Shown one piece after another: positions 1-9,852 of a stretch of DNA of 47,561 nucleotides. Under the pieces are notes generated by a model. The model saw only the letters and a list, made by a program, of their open reading frames with translations, made no database searches and was not told the origin of the DNA. Numbering within the stretch: position 1 is the first letter of the stretch; each line of letters starts with the position of its first letter. The position numbers and the translations under genes were made by a program. Source of the stretch: a virus (Duplodnaviria > Heunggongvirae > Uroviricota > Caudoviricetes); the IMG/VR virus record IMGVR_UViG_3300036951_000304. The stretch is one strand, 5' to 3'.

Positions 1-3000
1 ATGGTTGCATATTGTTATGTGCCACACCACCACCCGTATAGCCTGTATATGGGTTATTATTTGCAAAAATTGCATTGGCCCAATTATACCAAGGCAGAGA
101 GCTGCCCGGTGTTACCAAGTTATATCCATCTTGTGTATGTCTATGGCTTGGCATTTCCGCTTCTGTCAATGTATGATTTTCTGTACCGGATTTTCCGGCA
201 AGGGCGTCTGCCTGAGCGGATGTAACAACATTTGCAGAGCTTCCGCCCATATTGTCTTTACCGAGTGGTATTCTACCTCTCAAATCTGGTAGTGGCAATC
301 TCTTATTTGCAGAGAAATCTGCGGCCGCAGTTACTCCTCTTGTTGTAGGACTACCGGCACTATCCTGTATAATCAATTCTGTATTTGTAGTTGCATTCCA
401 CAACAATTCAAACAATGTCTGTGTATCAGCATTCGCCCTTCCAGTTGCACCAGAAGAAACACTTCCAACTGTCTTACCATCGGAGAGAAGCCATCCGGTT
501 GGTGCCGTTACTCCCATATATGGCATAAGAACTCCGGTTGGCATACCCTCACCAGAGGTGCCGGATGTACCGGACGAACCACTACTACCATATGTTCCGA
601 TTGTTCCAACTCCACCAACGACAGAGCAGATACCGGAAACTGGGGTAGAAAATGTTATCTCGATATTGTTCTCATCAATAAATTCAATGCTCTGTGGCTC
701 AATATAAAAATCATCACTCGTGCATTGGACATTGACATATTTTACACCGAGATTGTGGGTAATATCCCATGCGGTTACCGGAGAGGAGAATGTATATATC
801 AGTTCCCCAACAACAAGACCACCACCAGAAGAAATAAATGCGTGACCCGATACTGCCTCAGAGAATGTGATGGTGAGATTATTCTCATCATCAAATTTGA
901 TACTGTCAGGAAGTATCGTATAGGCATCCCCATCAGTAACCTCAACGACACAGTATTGACAATTCAAAATGTGGTTGACAGACCAAGTTGATGCCGGTAC
1001 TGTTTGGGTGTGAAGATATCCTCTACCACTTGTACCGGATGTTCCTGCTGTTCCACTCGTTCCACTTGTTCCTGTTTGCCCTCTATTACCGATACCGAGA
1101 ACTACTTCATCCTCATCATTCAATGTTCCATTTCCGACAAGGTATGCAACATTGAATTTGTAATATCCTGCGGCAGATGTTGGTGCACTCAACAATAGAT
1201 AGTCGTGGAAAATCTCCACACTATTCTGGTTCATTATTCTGACAGCATTGCTATCGACAAGACTTGCAATCCAAGCCTCGACATCCACGGCAAATCTATT
1301 CAGAGTGTCAACATAAATGTATGTTGCGAGTGACGGGTCTGAATTGTTCAATTTGATATGCCCGCTTGGTGGGTCACTATCTGTAGTGTTATCATCAAAC
1401 CAGTACAAATGTGCATTTGCACCAAGACCTGCGAGACCGGATGTTCCGGAAGTTCCCGCATCACCCGTTGGAACAAAACCAATCTGAAGGTCATCATCTT
1501 CCCTGAATGCACCGGAAACTGCCGGTGAACTTGAGGCAATCAGACCAACGTGAAGTTTCCTGTATTGTGGGTCAATATCAGTCGTTCCGTTTATTTCAAA
1601 GTATACATAATCACTTTCATCGTGATCTCTCCAAATCTTGACATAACCCTTTGACCACAATGATGTACTGTCATCCATCAAGTCAATCCAAGAAGTCAAA
1701 TCCTGACCATATCTGTCCATAAGGTCGATATAAATCCTTGTGACTGATGAAAATGTTGTGCTGTTAAACTTCAGATGGCCGATATTCGGGTCACCGTCTG
1801 AAGTATCGTCCTCAAATCTGTATGGTATACCCCAGGCAGCCGAGAAACCACTTGTTCCACTTGAACCGGATGTTCCACTTTCTCCGCTTGAGCCCGATGT
1901 TCCCGAGCTTCCCGATGTTCCATCAGCCCCATCAAATCCGGAAGTGCCGGAAGTTCCGTCTATACCGGAAGTTCCTGCTGTTCCCGATGTGCCGGAAGTG
2001 CCATCAATACCCGATGTGCCCGATGTTCCGGATGTTGCTGATGTTCCTGATGTTCCCGCCGTTCCACTTGAACCGGACGAACCGGATGTTCCTGATGTTC
2101 CCGCCGTTCCACTTGAACCGGAGCTTCCACTTGAACCGGATGAACCGGAAATACCAGAGGTTCCGTCTATACCAGAGGTTCCAGAACTTCCTGATGTTCC
2201 CCAACCTGATGTACCGGAAGAACCCGAGCTTCCCGATGAACCACTACTGCCGGAAGAGCCACTTGAACCGGAACTACCACTTGAACCGGAACTACCACTC
2301 GTTCCCGCCGTTCCAGAAGTTCCAGAAGTTCCTGAAGTTCCTGAAGTACCGGAACTTCCGCTCATTCCCGATGTACCAGAGGTTCCACTTGAACCACTTG
2401 ATCCACTTGTTCCACTCGTACCCGATGTTCCAGAGGTTCCATCATCTCCGGTTGGTGTCATCGTGAGAACGATTTTCTCACCGGAGCTGAAAAGAGCACC
2501 GCTGAAACCAACACAGGATACCCAAAATCTCTTGTACCCTGAGCGGGCTGTCAATCCAGTTATGTTGTAAAGAACAAACTTCGTTGGATTGGCTTCTGAA
2601 AAAATCTTGATAAGTGAATTGTTGTTTGATAGTGTAAAAATATCAAGCCAATCTTCAAGATTTGCACCATTATCATCCCAAAAACTTACATTGATACGGG
2701 ATACAGATGTATAAGCCGTATTATTGAAGAGGAGTTTACCGGATGTTGGGTCTGCATCGGATGTTGACGAATTGAATGAGTAAAGGGCGCTTGCTCCACC
2801 GAACAAACCATCAGCACCGGAAGTACCTGATGAGCCCGATGTTCCCGCAGAACCGGCAAGGCCCGATGTTCCTGAAGTTCCACTTGAACCGCTTGAACCG
2901 GACGAACCTGATGTTCCTGAGCTTCCAGATGTTCCACTTGTTCCGGCTGTTCCCGATGTTCCTGAAGTGCCGGAAGTTCCTACTGCACCACCACCACTTA

Positions 3001-4153
3001 CGAAAGTCGCGCTTCCCGAAACTGGAATATCGAATGTCAATATTACATTGTCATCATCGACATAGAGAACATCTCCGGGCTCAATACCATACCCATCGCC
3101 GTTCATTACTGCTACGGCAACTGGTTGTACTCCAAGGCCGTGATAGATAGACCATCCAGTAGACGGTACTGATTGTGTATAAGTAAACGCACCACCGATA
3201 GCAGATACACCCGATGTTCCTGTTCCCGCAATAATTCTTGCGTGACCAGAAACTTCTTCAGAGAATGTAATCCAGAGATTGTTACTGTCCTCAAAAAGTA
3301 TACCGGATGGGATGATATACATATCATCTTCATCAGCCACTTCGACAATTACATACTGCTCTCCGAGGTTATGTGTGACATACCACGCTGAGGATGGTAC
3401 TGATTGTGTATGAAGATATCCGCCCGGGAATGTAGTTTCGCCGGAAGTTCCTGATGAGCCGGATGTTCCATCTATACCTGATGTACCGGAACTGCCACTT
3501 GTACCGGATGAACCGGATGTTCCATCACCTGATGTACCGGAGCTTCCACTTGTACCGGAGCCCGCAACAATCTTGGCTTGGCCAGCAATATCTGATGGAA
3601 ATGTAATTACAAGATTGTTACTGTCAATATACTGAATTTCAGAAGGAATAATAAAAAGGTCGCTATCGTCTGAAACCTCGACAACAACATATTTATCACC
3701 GAGATTGTGTGTTACAGACCAGGCAGAAGAAGCGACAGATTGAGTAAAGAGATACCCGCCGGGGTATGTTGTTTCGCCGGAAGTACCGGAACTGCCCGAG
3801 GTGCCAGCTGGGCCTGTAAGACCCATAGCACCGGATGTTCCTGATGTTCCTGATGTTCCTGATGACCCATCAATACCCCGCCTGAAAATATCAATATTCT
3901 CATAACGGGTTTCACCAACGACAATATCGAATTTCTGTGTGGTGACATAATCACCATCATCTACATAGAAATTGAAAAGGCCGTAAGCATCGGATTCCAG
4001 TTGTGGAGCAATTTGAATTGCCGTTCCACCAGTTTGCTCGAGATAGACCTTGGCCGCTGTCGTGGTTCCGGCCAAGTATACGGAAACATCAACTCCTTCC
4101 AATACATTTCCGTAACTATCTCTCGACCTACCAATAAAATGATATCTTGCCAT
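1..4153 (-). CDS. Giant modular tail fibre / tail-collar protein (>1380 aa, 3' end runs off the window)
   Basis: Manually translated open frame from ATG at 4153 (MARYHFIGRSRDSYGNVLEGVDVSVYLAG). No stop was seen in the stretches translated, and the frame is consistent at checkpoints down to base 2. It is missing from the ORF track because it has no stop codon in the window. The C-terminus is a phage tail-collar domain (MPTGVLMPYMGVTAPTGWLLSDGK...LPDLRGRIPLGKDNMGG...HTLTEAEMPSHRH...GGGVAHNNMQP). It also has GTSG linkers and repeated HNLG and ADPT modules. Confidence 0.9.
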   Translation of the reverse strand, partial: MARYHFIGRSRDSYGNVLEGVDVSVYLAGTTTAAKVYLEQTGGTAIQIAPQLESDAYGLFNFYVDDGDYVTTQKFDIVVGETRYENIDIFRRGIDGSSGTSGTSGTSGAMGLTGPAGTSGSSGTSGETTYPGGYLFTQSVASSAWSVTHNLGDKYVVVEVSDDSDLFIIPSEIQYIDSNNLVITFPSDIAGQAKIVAGSGTSGSSGTSGDGTSGSSGTSGSSGTSGIDGTSGSSGTSGETTFPGGYLHTQSVPSSAWYVTHNLGEQYVIVEVADEDDMYIIPSGILFEDSNNLWITFSEEVSGHARIIAGTGTSGVSAIGGAFTYTQSVPSTGWSIYHGLGVQPVAVAVMNGDGYGIEPGDVLYVDDDNVILTFDIPVSGSATFVSGGGAVGTSGTSGTSGTAGTSGTSGSSGTSGSSGSSGSSGTSGTSGLAGSAGTSGSSGTSGADGLFGGASALYSFNSSTSDADPTSGKLLFNNTAYTSVSRINVSFWDDNGANLEDWLDIFTLSNNNSLIKIFSEANPTKFVLYNITGLTARSGYKRFWVSCVGFSGALFSSGEKIVLTMTPTGDDGTSGTSGTSGTSGSSGSSGTSGTSGMSGSSGTSGTSGTSGTSGTAGTSGSSGSSGSSGSSGSSGSSGSSGSSGSSGTSGWGTSGSSGTSGIDGTSGISGSSGSSGSSGSSGTAGTSGTSGSSGSSGTAGTSGTSATSGTSGTSGIDGTSGTSGTAGTSGIDGTSGTSGFDGADGTSGSSGTSGSSGESGTSGSSGTSGFSAAWGIPYRFEDDTSDGDPNIGHLKFNSTTFSSVTRIYIDLMDRYGQDLTSWIDLMDDSTSLWSKGYVKIWRDHDESDYVYFEINGTTDIDPQYRKLHVGLIASSSPAVSGAFREDDDLQIGFVPTGDAGTSGTSGLAGLGANAHLYWFDDNTTDSDPPSGHIKLNNSDPSLATYIYVDTLNRFAVDVEAWIASLVDSNAVRIMNQNSVEIFHDYLLLSAPTSAAGYYKFNVAYLVGNGTLNDEDEVVLGIGNRGQTGTSGTSGTAGTSGTSGRGYLHTQTVPASTWSVNHILNCQYCVVEVTDGDAYTILPDSIKFDDENNLTITFSEAVSGHAFISSGGGLVVGELIYTFSSPVTAWDITHNLGVKYVNVQCTSDDFYIEPQSIEFIDENNIEITFSTPVSGICSVVGGVGTIGTYGSSGSSGTSGTSGEGMPTGVLMPYMGVTAPTGWLLSDGKTVGSVSSGATGRANADTQTLFELLWNATTNTELIIQDSAGSPTTRGVTAAADFSANKRLPLPDLRGRIPLGKDNMGGSSANVVTSAQADALAGKSGTENHTLTEAEMPSHRHTQDGYNLVTPGSSLPWYNWANAIFANNNPYTGYTGGGVAHNNMQP
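1850..2450 (-). repeat. Degenerate 9-bp-unit coding repeat encoding (GTS/GSS)n, about 200 aa; shorter tracts near 550-610, 1025-1075, 1420-1465, 2810-2990, 3440-3570 and 3775-3870
   Basis: Recurring ccggatgttcc / ccacttgaacc / gaagttcc units read GTSG/GSSG on the minus strand. They generate the Pro-Glu-Val shadow ORFs on the plus strand. Confidence 0.9.
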
Positions 4154-4293
4154 TAGAATATATCCCCAATTCCCTGAGCGCTAATGAAATCCACCAATAC
4201 TTTATACATTGGATGGTTGTCATCGAAGCTTCTTATTTCGTAATTCAAACACAATGAGACATTCTCAAATGTATAAAAAAAGTTATAGCTCAT
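4153..4293 (-). CDS. Small hypothetical protein (46 aa)
   Basis: MSYNFFYTFENVSLCLNYEIRSFDDNHPMYKVLVDFISAQGIGDIF. Its TAA overlaps the tail-fibre ATG (TAATG), and it fills the gap exactly. Confidence 0.55.
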   Translation of the reverse strand: MSYNFFYTFENVSLCLNYEIRSFDDNHPMYKVLVDFISAQGIGDIF

Positions 4294-4588
4294 TTACCAC
4301 CACCCTTGTCTTGTGATAAAAGGTATAGGTGCTCGTAGCTGTTTTTACAATTCTCCAAATAACATCGTACTCGCTGGGAGTTGCTGTTACAATCGGAGTA
4401 AGTAAAAAGTATATCTTGTAACCATCTACCATAGCCTGGCCTTCCGTCCAGACGGTACGACCAGTATAAATGTCCACAACTTTCGCGTAAGCCGCATCAG
4501 GAAATACGGGGTCATCATTCTGATCCCTCACAAGTATCTCTATAGCTCTTGTCTCGTTTTGATTTACCGTAAGGTAAGTTTGGCTCAT
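4283..4588 (-). CDS. Hypothetical virion protein, beta-rich (possibly BppU/Ig-like baseplate domain)
   Basis: 101-aa ORF with an alternating beta-strand pattern, translationally coupled within the tail gene run. Confidence 0.55.
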   Translation of the reverse strand: MSQTYLTVNQNETRAIEILVRDQNDDPVFPDAAYAKVVDIYTGRTVWTEGQAMVDGYKIYFLLTPIVTATPSEYDVIWRIVKTATSTYTFYHKTRVVVNEL

Positions 4589-4983
4589 TCCTCAAATTCT
4601 ATAAAGTTTTCCAGAAACGGGAAATCAGCCGGAGCGAGAACTCCCGCTGGCAAACTGTCCAGTTTTATTTTTATCTTGTCCAGACCGAGTTCAACATCAA
4701 TATCCAGCAAGTCAATCATATCCTTGTTGAAGTCTTGGATGTTTTCCGGTGGAACACTATACTGATTATTTTCAATTTTTGGTTTTCCGTTATCGTCCTT
4801 AGCACAATGGTTCTCGATAACCCTCTGTTTCGCCTCACTATAGAGCCTGAACTGCTCGTCCAGAGCCTTTGTGAGCTTCGCAATCTGATAACTTGTTTTC
4901 ACCGGAAGCTCTCTTGATTTGATAAGATTTACGAGAATGTCCGTCCTTGACAACGCTTCCAACACCGAATTTTTGATAACCAT
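4585..4983 (-). CDS. DUF1617-like phage tail-fibre-associated protein
   Basis: ELPVKTSYQIAKLTKALDEQF...IENHCAKDDNGKP...FNKDMIDLLDIDVEL pattern; strong AGGAGG RBS; adjacent to fibre genes. Confidence 0.6.
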   Translation of the reverse strand: MVIKNSVLEALSRTDILVNLIKSRELPVKTSYQIAKLTKALDEQFRLYSEAKQRVIENHCAKDDNGKPKIENNQYSVPPENIQDFNKDMIDLLDIDVELGLDKIKIKLDSLPAGVLAPADFPFLENFIEFEE

Positions 4984-5013
4984 AAAAAACCTCCTACAGT
5001 TTTATTCAATAGA

Positions 5014-5042
5014 TATTTATGAAAATATCTATGTTATTTATA
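5014..5042 (-). promoter_or_regulatory. Tandem T4-type late promoters (TATAAATA 5035-5042; CATAAATA 5014-5021)
   Basis: Exact T4 late consensus in the intergenic gap upstream of the 4983 gene. Confidence 0.7.
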
Positions 5043-5047
5043 TCCTT

Positions 5048-7063
5048 TTACCAACCCGAAGCAATTGTTCTCCACCCGCCATCACCGTACACTTTGACAG
5101 TATTATCAAAAGTATTGATACAAATTAATCCCTCATAACCATAAGCCGGGTCACCAGTATCCGTCTTGGTAATTACACCGACAACCTCAAATGTTTTTGC
5201 ACCACCGATATTCTTCTCAAGGTAAAGTGTTCCTTGGAACAAGTTCTTTGAACTATAACCGGCAGAATAGAGATTGTATCTAACCGATCCCAACAATGTA
5301 CCGCCCATAGGGCAGGGAATTGCGGTGTGATCTTCAATATAAATACCGTACAGATTAGAAACTGTATATGTACTGTTTATCGGGGGCCCCTCCCAAAACC
5401 ATAATTCTGGAGCACAAACTTTAATTCCATAAAATGTTCCAATAGTAACCGCATTAGAAGCATCACTACCACACTCTAATAGTGCTTCCGTAGTAATAAA
5501 GGCTGCTTCGGTTAAATTAATCACGCCGCCGTAGATGGCGCCTATGTCAAATACATAACGAGAACCTTTTAAGAGAGATGCAGTCAGAGTATTATTACTA
5601 TAAGCTGTCATACCACAACCCACACTAAGGCCCTGGCCATCAGAGGTACAATCGTCAAAACGCGCAGATACATTTGCTGACACCTCTAAAGCACTATTCC
5701 AATTACTACCATAAGTACAATCTCGTACTTGAGTGTTAAAAACGCCGGCACAAGCGCTCGGATTTATACAATTATTCAATCCACAATGGGATTCAATACC
5801 ATAGAGTTTGCTTTCTTCGTTTTCTCCAACCCCCTGACCGTCAGCAGACAAAGTTATTTTTATGCCATATTGAGTTGTATCCGGTGTAGTGGCTTCGGTT
5901 GTAATATTAAGTGCGCACAGTTCGTCACTATAGCCACCGTGGTCAATACCCCCGCCATCAGTTCTTGTAGCACTAAGAGCAAAAATTTCACGGTTTTCAG
6001 ATTCTCCCGTTGCACCACTCCAACTCAATGCAAGTTTGCCCAGTATATTGTCATAGGTAAAATTATTTGTGCCACCAATAACACCAGAATCATTGAATAG
6101 AACCTGATTGTCAGAACCGGAAATTGAAATGAAACCAGTTGAAACATCCAAGTTACCACCGATTTCAACATCACCCTCAAATTTATTCTTTGATGTTGCA
6201 CCGGCAGAATAGAGATTGTAGTGACTTCCGGTAACAGGTCTTACACTATGATCATCAATATAAAGACCGTAGTTGTCTCCTATTGTTTCTACTGCCCCCA
6301 CATCCGCTGCTGGGTTCAATGAAATTTTAATTCCGTATGTTTCTAATACAGTATATGTACCATCAAAGGCAAATCCACCGTGAATTGCCTCTACACCTAT
6401 TTCGCTTGTTACAGTAGCGGTCACCGGCGCTATAACCATACCTTGAGCAGTAGCTTGAATACCAATTAATTCACCACTTGCATCTCCTGTGTCTGCTAAT
6501 AACCACGCCCCAAAAAGGTTCTGAATAACCGCGTCAGTAGCATCATACCCCAAAGCACCAATCATATTTCGGGAACGGGTCGCGAGTTCTGCCCCGCTAG
6601 TTTGAGCATAAACTGATATACCTGCAACAGAACCAGTTCCCTTCGCGGAAAATACTGCGGCCTGAGTATCACCATAGCCAATAGAATTAGTATCTATCAC
6701 ATTATGAGAAATAACCTGAAGTTTTGATGTAGAATAACGATATTCCGTAAGAGTATCAGACCCGGCCCATATAAACCCCTCAAAGAAATTCTTTGAATCT
6801 GTACCTATGGAAAGAATATTGTAGCTATTTCCTGAAATAGAAAGCGTATTGGTAGATTTATCAAATGTCAGATTCTCATTCGCACCCATCGTGCCAACAT
6901 CATTGAACTGGATTTGTTTATCTGCTCCGGCGGCTTCTGGTGTTGCAGCGGCATCCCAAGATAATCCACCCAAACCATCGTTGAATAAATAGCCTGGTGC
7001 ATCGGCCGGAAAAGCGGCCCCGCCACCAGCTAATGATTTACCAAAAGGTGTTCCAAAATTCAT
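5048..7063 (-). CDS. Tail-fibre-like structural protein (671 aa)
   Basis: Two copies of xDxQ[IV]xFNDxGxxGxxxN[LF]T[FY]D and two copies of YG[LI]YI[DE]DH...YNLYSAGxxSKNxFxG; Gly/Ser/Thr-rich beta sequence in the tail block. Confidence 0.65.
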   Translation of the reverse strand: MNFGTPFGKSLAGGGAAFPADAPGYLFNDGLGGLSWDAAATPEAAGADKQIQFNDVGTMGANENLTFDKSTNTLSISGNSYNILSIGTDSKNFFEGFIWAGSDTLTEYRYSTSKLQVISHNVIDTNSIGYGDTQAAVFSAKGTGSVAGISVYAQTSGAELATRSRNMIGALGYDATDAVIQNLFGAWLLADTGDASGELIGIQATAQGMVIAPVTATVTSEIGVEAIHGGFAFDGTYTVLETYGIKISLNPAADVGAVETIGDNYGLYIDDHSVRPVTGSHYNLYSAGATSKNKFEGDVEIGGNLDVSTGFISISGSDNQVLFNDSGVIGGTNNFTYDNILGKLALSWSGATGESENREIFALSATRTDGGGIDHGGYSDELCALNITTEATTPDTTQYGIKITLSADGQGVGENEESKLYGIESHCGLNNCINPSACAGVFNTQVRDCTYGSNWNSALEVSANVSARFDDCTSDGQGLSVGCGMTAYSNNTLTASLLKGSRYVFDIGAIYGGVINLTEAAFITTEALLECGSDASNAVTIGTFYGIKVCAPELWFWEGPPINSTYTVSNLYGIYIEDHTAIPCPMGGTLLGSVRYNLYSAGYSSKNLFQGTLYLEKNIGGAKTFEVVGVITKTDTGDPAYGYEGLICINTFDNTVKVYGDGGWRTIASGW

Positions 7064-7078
7064 ATTTCTAATCCTCCG

Positions 7079-7399
7079 TTAAAATTCGGGCGTAATCACA
7101 AATGCACCTGGCACACCACTTGCGGCACTAATATATCTGAAATTGAGTATATTGTCTCTACCAACGACCCTGAAGGCATCACCGTCTGACATAATATGTC
7201 CTATACCACTCGCCCCCTGTGTGGGTGTTTCCTTCCATGCAATTCTTATACTTGCGGTTTCACAGGTAATGAGAACCGATACCGATGGATTGCCATCTCC
7301 GTCAACAATTGCCGCGGATGGGAAAGCTGTTGCCGTATCCGTAGAAGCAACACGCATTGTTGGCCCATATACTCCCGTCATTGAAAAATCTCTTTCCAT
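7079..7399 (-). CDS. Hypothetical (probable virion) protein
   Basis: 106-aa ORF with a GGAGGAG RBS, in the late block. Confidence 0.6.
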   Translation of the reverse strand: MERDFSMTGVYGPTMRVASTDTATAFPSAAIVDGDGNPSVSVLITCETASIRIAWKETPTQGASGIGHIMSDGDAFRVVGRDNILNFRYISAASGVPGAFVITPEF

Positions 7400-7411
7400 A
7401 TTTCTCCTCCG

Positions 7412-7906
7412 TTATAACCCAAATCTTCTTTGTTCTGCTTTGAGCCACTTCATTCCTTTCTGTTTGGCTCTTGTTATTCTCGATGAAAAATCTTTTCGCC
7501 AAGTTCCGATGATGGCGACCTGCATTTCATCACCACGAAATTCCTTGGCATCCCTGATATATCCCGCGCCGAGGATGTATCTTCTTATGGCTATAACCAT
7601 CCAAGGCCATCTCTTCTTTATCAATTTCCAAGTCAGAAGAATGTGGCCGTGATTTTTCTCCAATGTGTCCATCCACACCTTGGCAAAAATCTTCCTCTGG
7701 TTTCGAGGGATATAGGTAAAATTGATGCCCTGAATATAATTGTGCATCTTTCTCGTCTTGGGATGAATACCACGAATAGCGTTGATACAGATTATGGTTG
7801 GTTCGGGATCATTTTCATAATTCAGATATTTGAACCTGTAAATGTGACCCGATTTGAAAGAAACCCTTCCTTCCCTTACACTATATACTTTGTTCAATTG
7901 TGGCAT
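7412..7906 (-). CDS. T4 gp2-like DNA end-protector protein
   Basis: GHIYRFKY...DPEP...GINFTYIP...R...IRRY motifs resemble the gp2 family; adjacent to gp4 as in T4. Confidence 0.6.
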   Translation of the reverse strand: MPQLNKVYSVREGRVSFKSGHIYRFKYLNYENDPEPTIICINAIRGIHPKTRKMHNYIQGINFTYIPRNQRKIFAKVWMDTLEKNHGHILLTWKLIKKRWPWMVIAIRRYILGAGYIRDAKEFRGDEMQVAIIGTWRKDFSSRITRAKQKGMKWLKAEQRRFGL

Positions 7907-7908
7907 TT

Positions 7909-8367
7909 TTACCTACCAAACAATTCCTTTTCAGTAAATATTTTAAACTCGTAACCCCGTTTTCTACAGAACTCCGAGGCGGCAGACCATTTGGCCTGAT
8001 TTCTTGAGTAGGTTATCTGTTCATATATTTTTGTCTTGACAGATTTATTGCCCTTGCTCTTTGGGGGAATGGTTTCCCTGTGAGGCTTTATTTCAACAAC
8101 ATAGATAACTTCCTTTTTGTTTTTATCCAGAACTCTTAGCATAAAATCCGGATAATATCGTCTGTGTTTCTTGTTTACAGGATCAAAATACGGTATCTCG
8201 ATGCCCTCGGAAGCCCAAGTTATGACACTTGGATTTACATCACACCATTGGGCGAATTTCCTTTCCCATTCACTTCTTATAAGTATCGGCCATTTCCCCT
8301 TGTACTTCTCCGGAAATTTGGGTTGAAATGCCGAAGTCTTATCTGTAATATGATGTTTTATGAACAA
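7909..8367 (-). CDS. gp4: T4 gp4-like head completion nuclease (TnsA-N-like PD-(D/E)xK)
   Basis: RSEWERKFAQWCDVNPSVITWASEGIEIPYFDP...RRYYPDF...VEIKP. Confidence 0.9.
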   Translation of the reverse strand: MFIKHHITDKTSAFQPKFPEKYKGKWPILIRSEWERKFAQWCDVNPSVITWASEGIEIPYFDPVNKKHRRYYPDFMLRVLDKNKKEVIYVVEIKPHRETIPPKSKGNKSVKTKIYEQITYSRNQAKWSAASEFCRKRGYEFKIFTEKELFGR

Positions 8368-8369
8368 AA

Positions 8370-8564
8370 CTAATCCCTGTATGTATCCCTGTACCGTTCC
8401 AATGATTTTTGGAGCGCTTCTTTTCTTTTTCTCAATGCTTCTTTTGTATTTTTATCTTCCGTGCTCTGGATTTGTTTTTCCAAATCCTGTATCTGTTTTT
8501 TTAACCTTATTCTCGCATTTATTGTCTGTGTATCATCTTCAGAGAGAAATTCGTAAAGTCTCAT
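8370..8564 (-). CDS. Small coiled-coil protein with MRLYEFLSE leader
   Basis: 64-aa ORF coupled to its neighbours. Confidence 0.65.
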   Translation of the reverse strand: MRLYEFLSEDDTQTINARIRLKKQIQDLEKQIQSTEDKNTKEALRKRKEALQKSLERYRDTYRD

Positions 8565-8983
8565 TTTTCTTCCTTTTCATACTCTTCCGCTTCTTCCTTG
8601 GTCTTGTGAACCGTTCCCGGCGGATGATGTGGAGGAGCATATAAACTGTAAAGCTTCAATTTCTTCGTGGAGGATGTATTCACAACATTGTGATATGTTC
8701 CCTGTCTGATAAGAATTGAACTGCCATCTTTTATCGGGATTTCCTCTTTATTATTTACAACTACTTTTCCCTCTCCCTCATCAATACGGAAGAACTGGTC
8801 TGTATCATTGTGAACCTCATTCCCGATTTCACTATTGGGCTCAATGGCCATCAGAACAAGTTGAAGATGTTTTCCTGTATACAGAACTTTTCGGAAATAA
8901 TTATTTTCAACAGTTTCATCTTCAATATCTCTCACATCAAATGGTTTTTGCTCTTCTTCTTTCAGATAATCTTTGAATTTCAT
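8561..8983 (-). CDS. Cupin-domain protein with MKFKDYLKEEE leader
   Basis: Cupin motifs GNEVHNDTDQFFRIDEGEG...ILIRQGTYHNVVN...LYAPPHHP; start moved to the second Met. Confidence 0.85.
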   Translation of the reverse strand: MKFKDYLKEEEQKPFDVRDIEDETVENNYFRKVLYTGKHLQLVLMAIEPNSEIGNEVHNDTDQFFRIDEGEGKVVVNNKEEIPIKDGSSILIRQGTYHNVVNTSSTKKLKLYSLYAPPHHPPGTVHKTKEEAEEYEKEEK

Positions 8984-8996
8984 TATTTCCCCCAAT

Positions 8997-9182
8997 TTAT
9001 CTCGTCAGTTTATCGAATGCAAGGCCGATCTTATGCCAGTCAATCCAACCATCTCCACCTCTATTCATCACCATTTGGTTCAGAATAAAATCATAGGCCC
9101 CATCTTCTCCATATTCGGCAAGAAGATTTTCTGCTTCCTGTCTATAATTTATCGCCTCGGTCAAATAATTTTTAAATTTCAT
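8997..9182 (-). CDS. Small hypothetical protein with MKFKNYLTEA leader
   Basis: 61-aa ORF, tightly packed. Confidence 0.65.
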   Translation of the reverse strand: MKFKNYLTEAINYRQEAENLLAEYGEDGAYDFILNQMVMNRGGDGWIDWHKIGLAFDKLTR

Positions 9183-9556
9183 TATGCCGGCTCCGTATCA
9201 TATGACCCACATTTCGGGCATTTTACTTCGTAGGTACTTGGCCCAATTTTTTTCTTGAATGTCTTACCACATTCCATACACTTCATATTAGTGGGTGGGC
9301 CTGTCATTCTTCTTGAAGAACCAGAACCGGGCTGTCCGGGCCAGCGATGGGCTGGGCCGCGCTGAGACATAAAATGCTCAGAGACAAGATATTTGTCAAT
9401 TAGCCTGTCTATACTCTCATTCTTTTCTGTATTCTGTTCCCACATTGAATAACAAATTGCCGCGGCCTCGTCCTGCTCGTGGCCTTCACCTTTCAGAATT
9501 GGAATACAACGGGCAATATATTCGTCTTTTTTTTCTCCTGCTTCCGGTTTCGGCAT
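9182..9556 (-). CDS. Hypothetical protein with N-terminal PKPxxGExKDEYIARC motif and C-terminal Zn ribbon
   Basis: Start reassigned to MPKPEAGE (GGAGG RBS). C-terminal CMEC...CPKC. Confidence 0.7.
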   Translation of the reverse strand: MPKPEAGEKKDEYIARCIPILKGEGHEQDEAAAICYSMWEQNTEKNESIDRLIDKYLVSEHFMSQRGPAHRWPGQPGSGSSRRMTGPPTNMKCMECGKTFKKKIGPSTYEVKCPKCGSYDTEPA

Positions 9557-9557
9557 A

Positions 9558-9851
9558 TTATCCTCCAAATTTACCCAGCTCTTTTCTTGCCATCTTTTCA
9601 AATTCATCTGGTTCCAGATATTCATCTACATTGACCAGATTTATATGTTTTGAGGTTGTCCGACTATATTTTTCCGCCGTGGCATATGTTCTGTCGTTTG
9701 CTTCAAACGCTACAAGTGTCTCGTATGAAAAATACAGTACGGTTTCCCCGACATTTACTCTCACGAAATTCGGGGCCATCTGCTTCAAATGTGCCAAGCC
9801 TGGCGCAGAGGCCTCTGTCAGAACATCCCTGTCTTTTATAATTTTTCCCAT
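9558..9851 (-). CDS. Conserved phage hypothetical protein
   Basis: LYFSYETLVAF...YSRTTSKHIN motif, recognised as typical of phage proteins. Confidence 0.7.
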   Translation of the reverse strand: MGKIIKDRDVLTEASAPGLAHLKQMAPNFVRVNVGETVLYFSYETLVAFEANDRTYATAEKYSRTTSKHINLVNVDEYLEPDEFEKMARKELGKFGG

Positions 9852-9852
9852 A

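Noticed and set aside
252-3150. Plus-strand Pro/Glu/Val-rich ORFs (252-707, 1740-2570, 1822-2466, 2776-3150)
   Set aside because: Antisense shadows of the GTS repeats in the minus-strand tail-fibre gene; no RBS or domain content.
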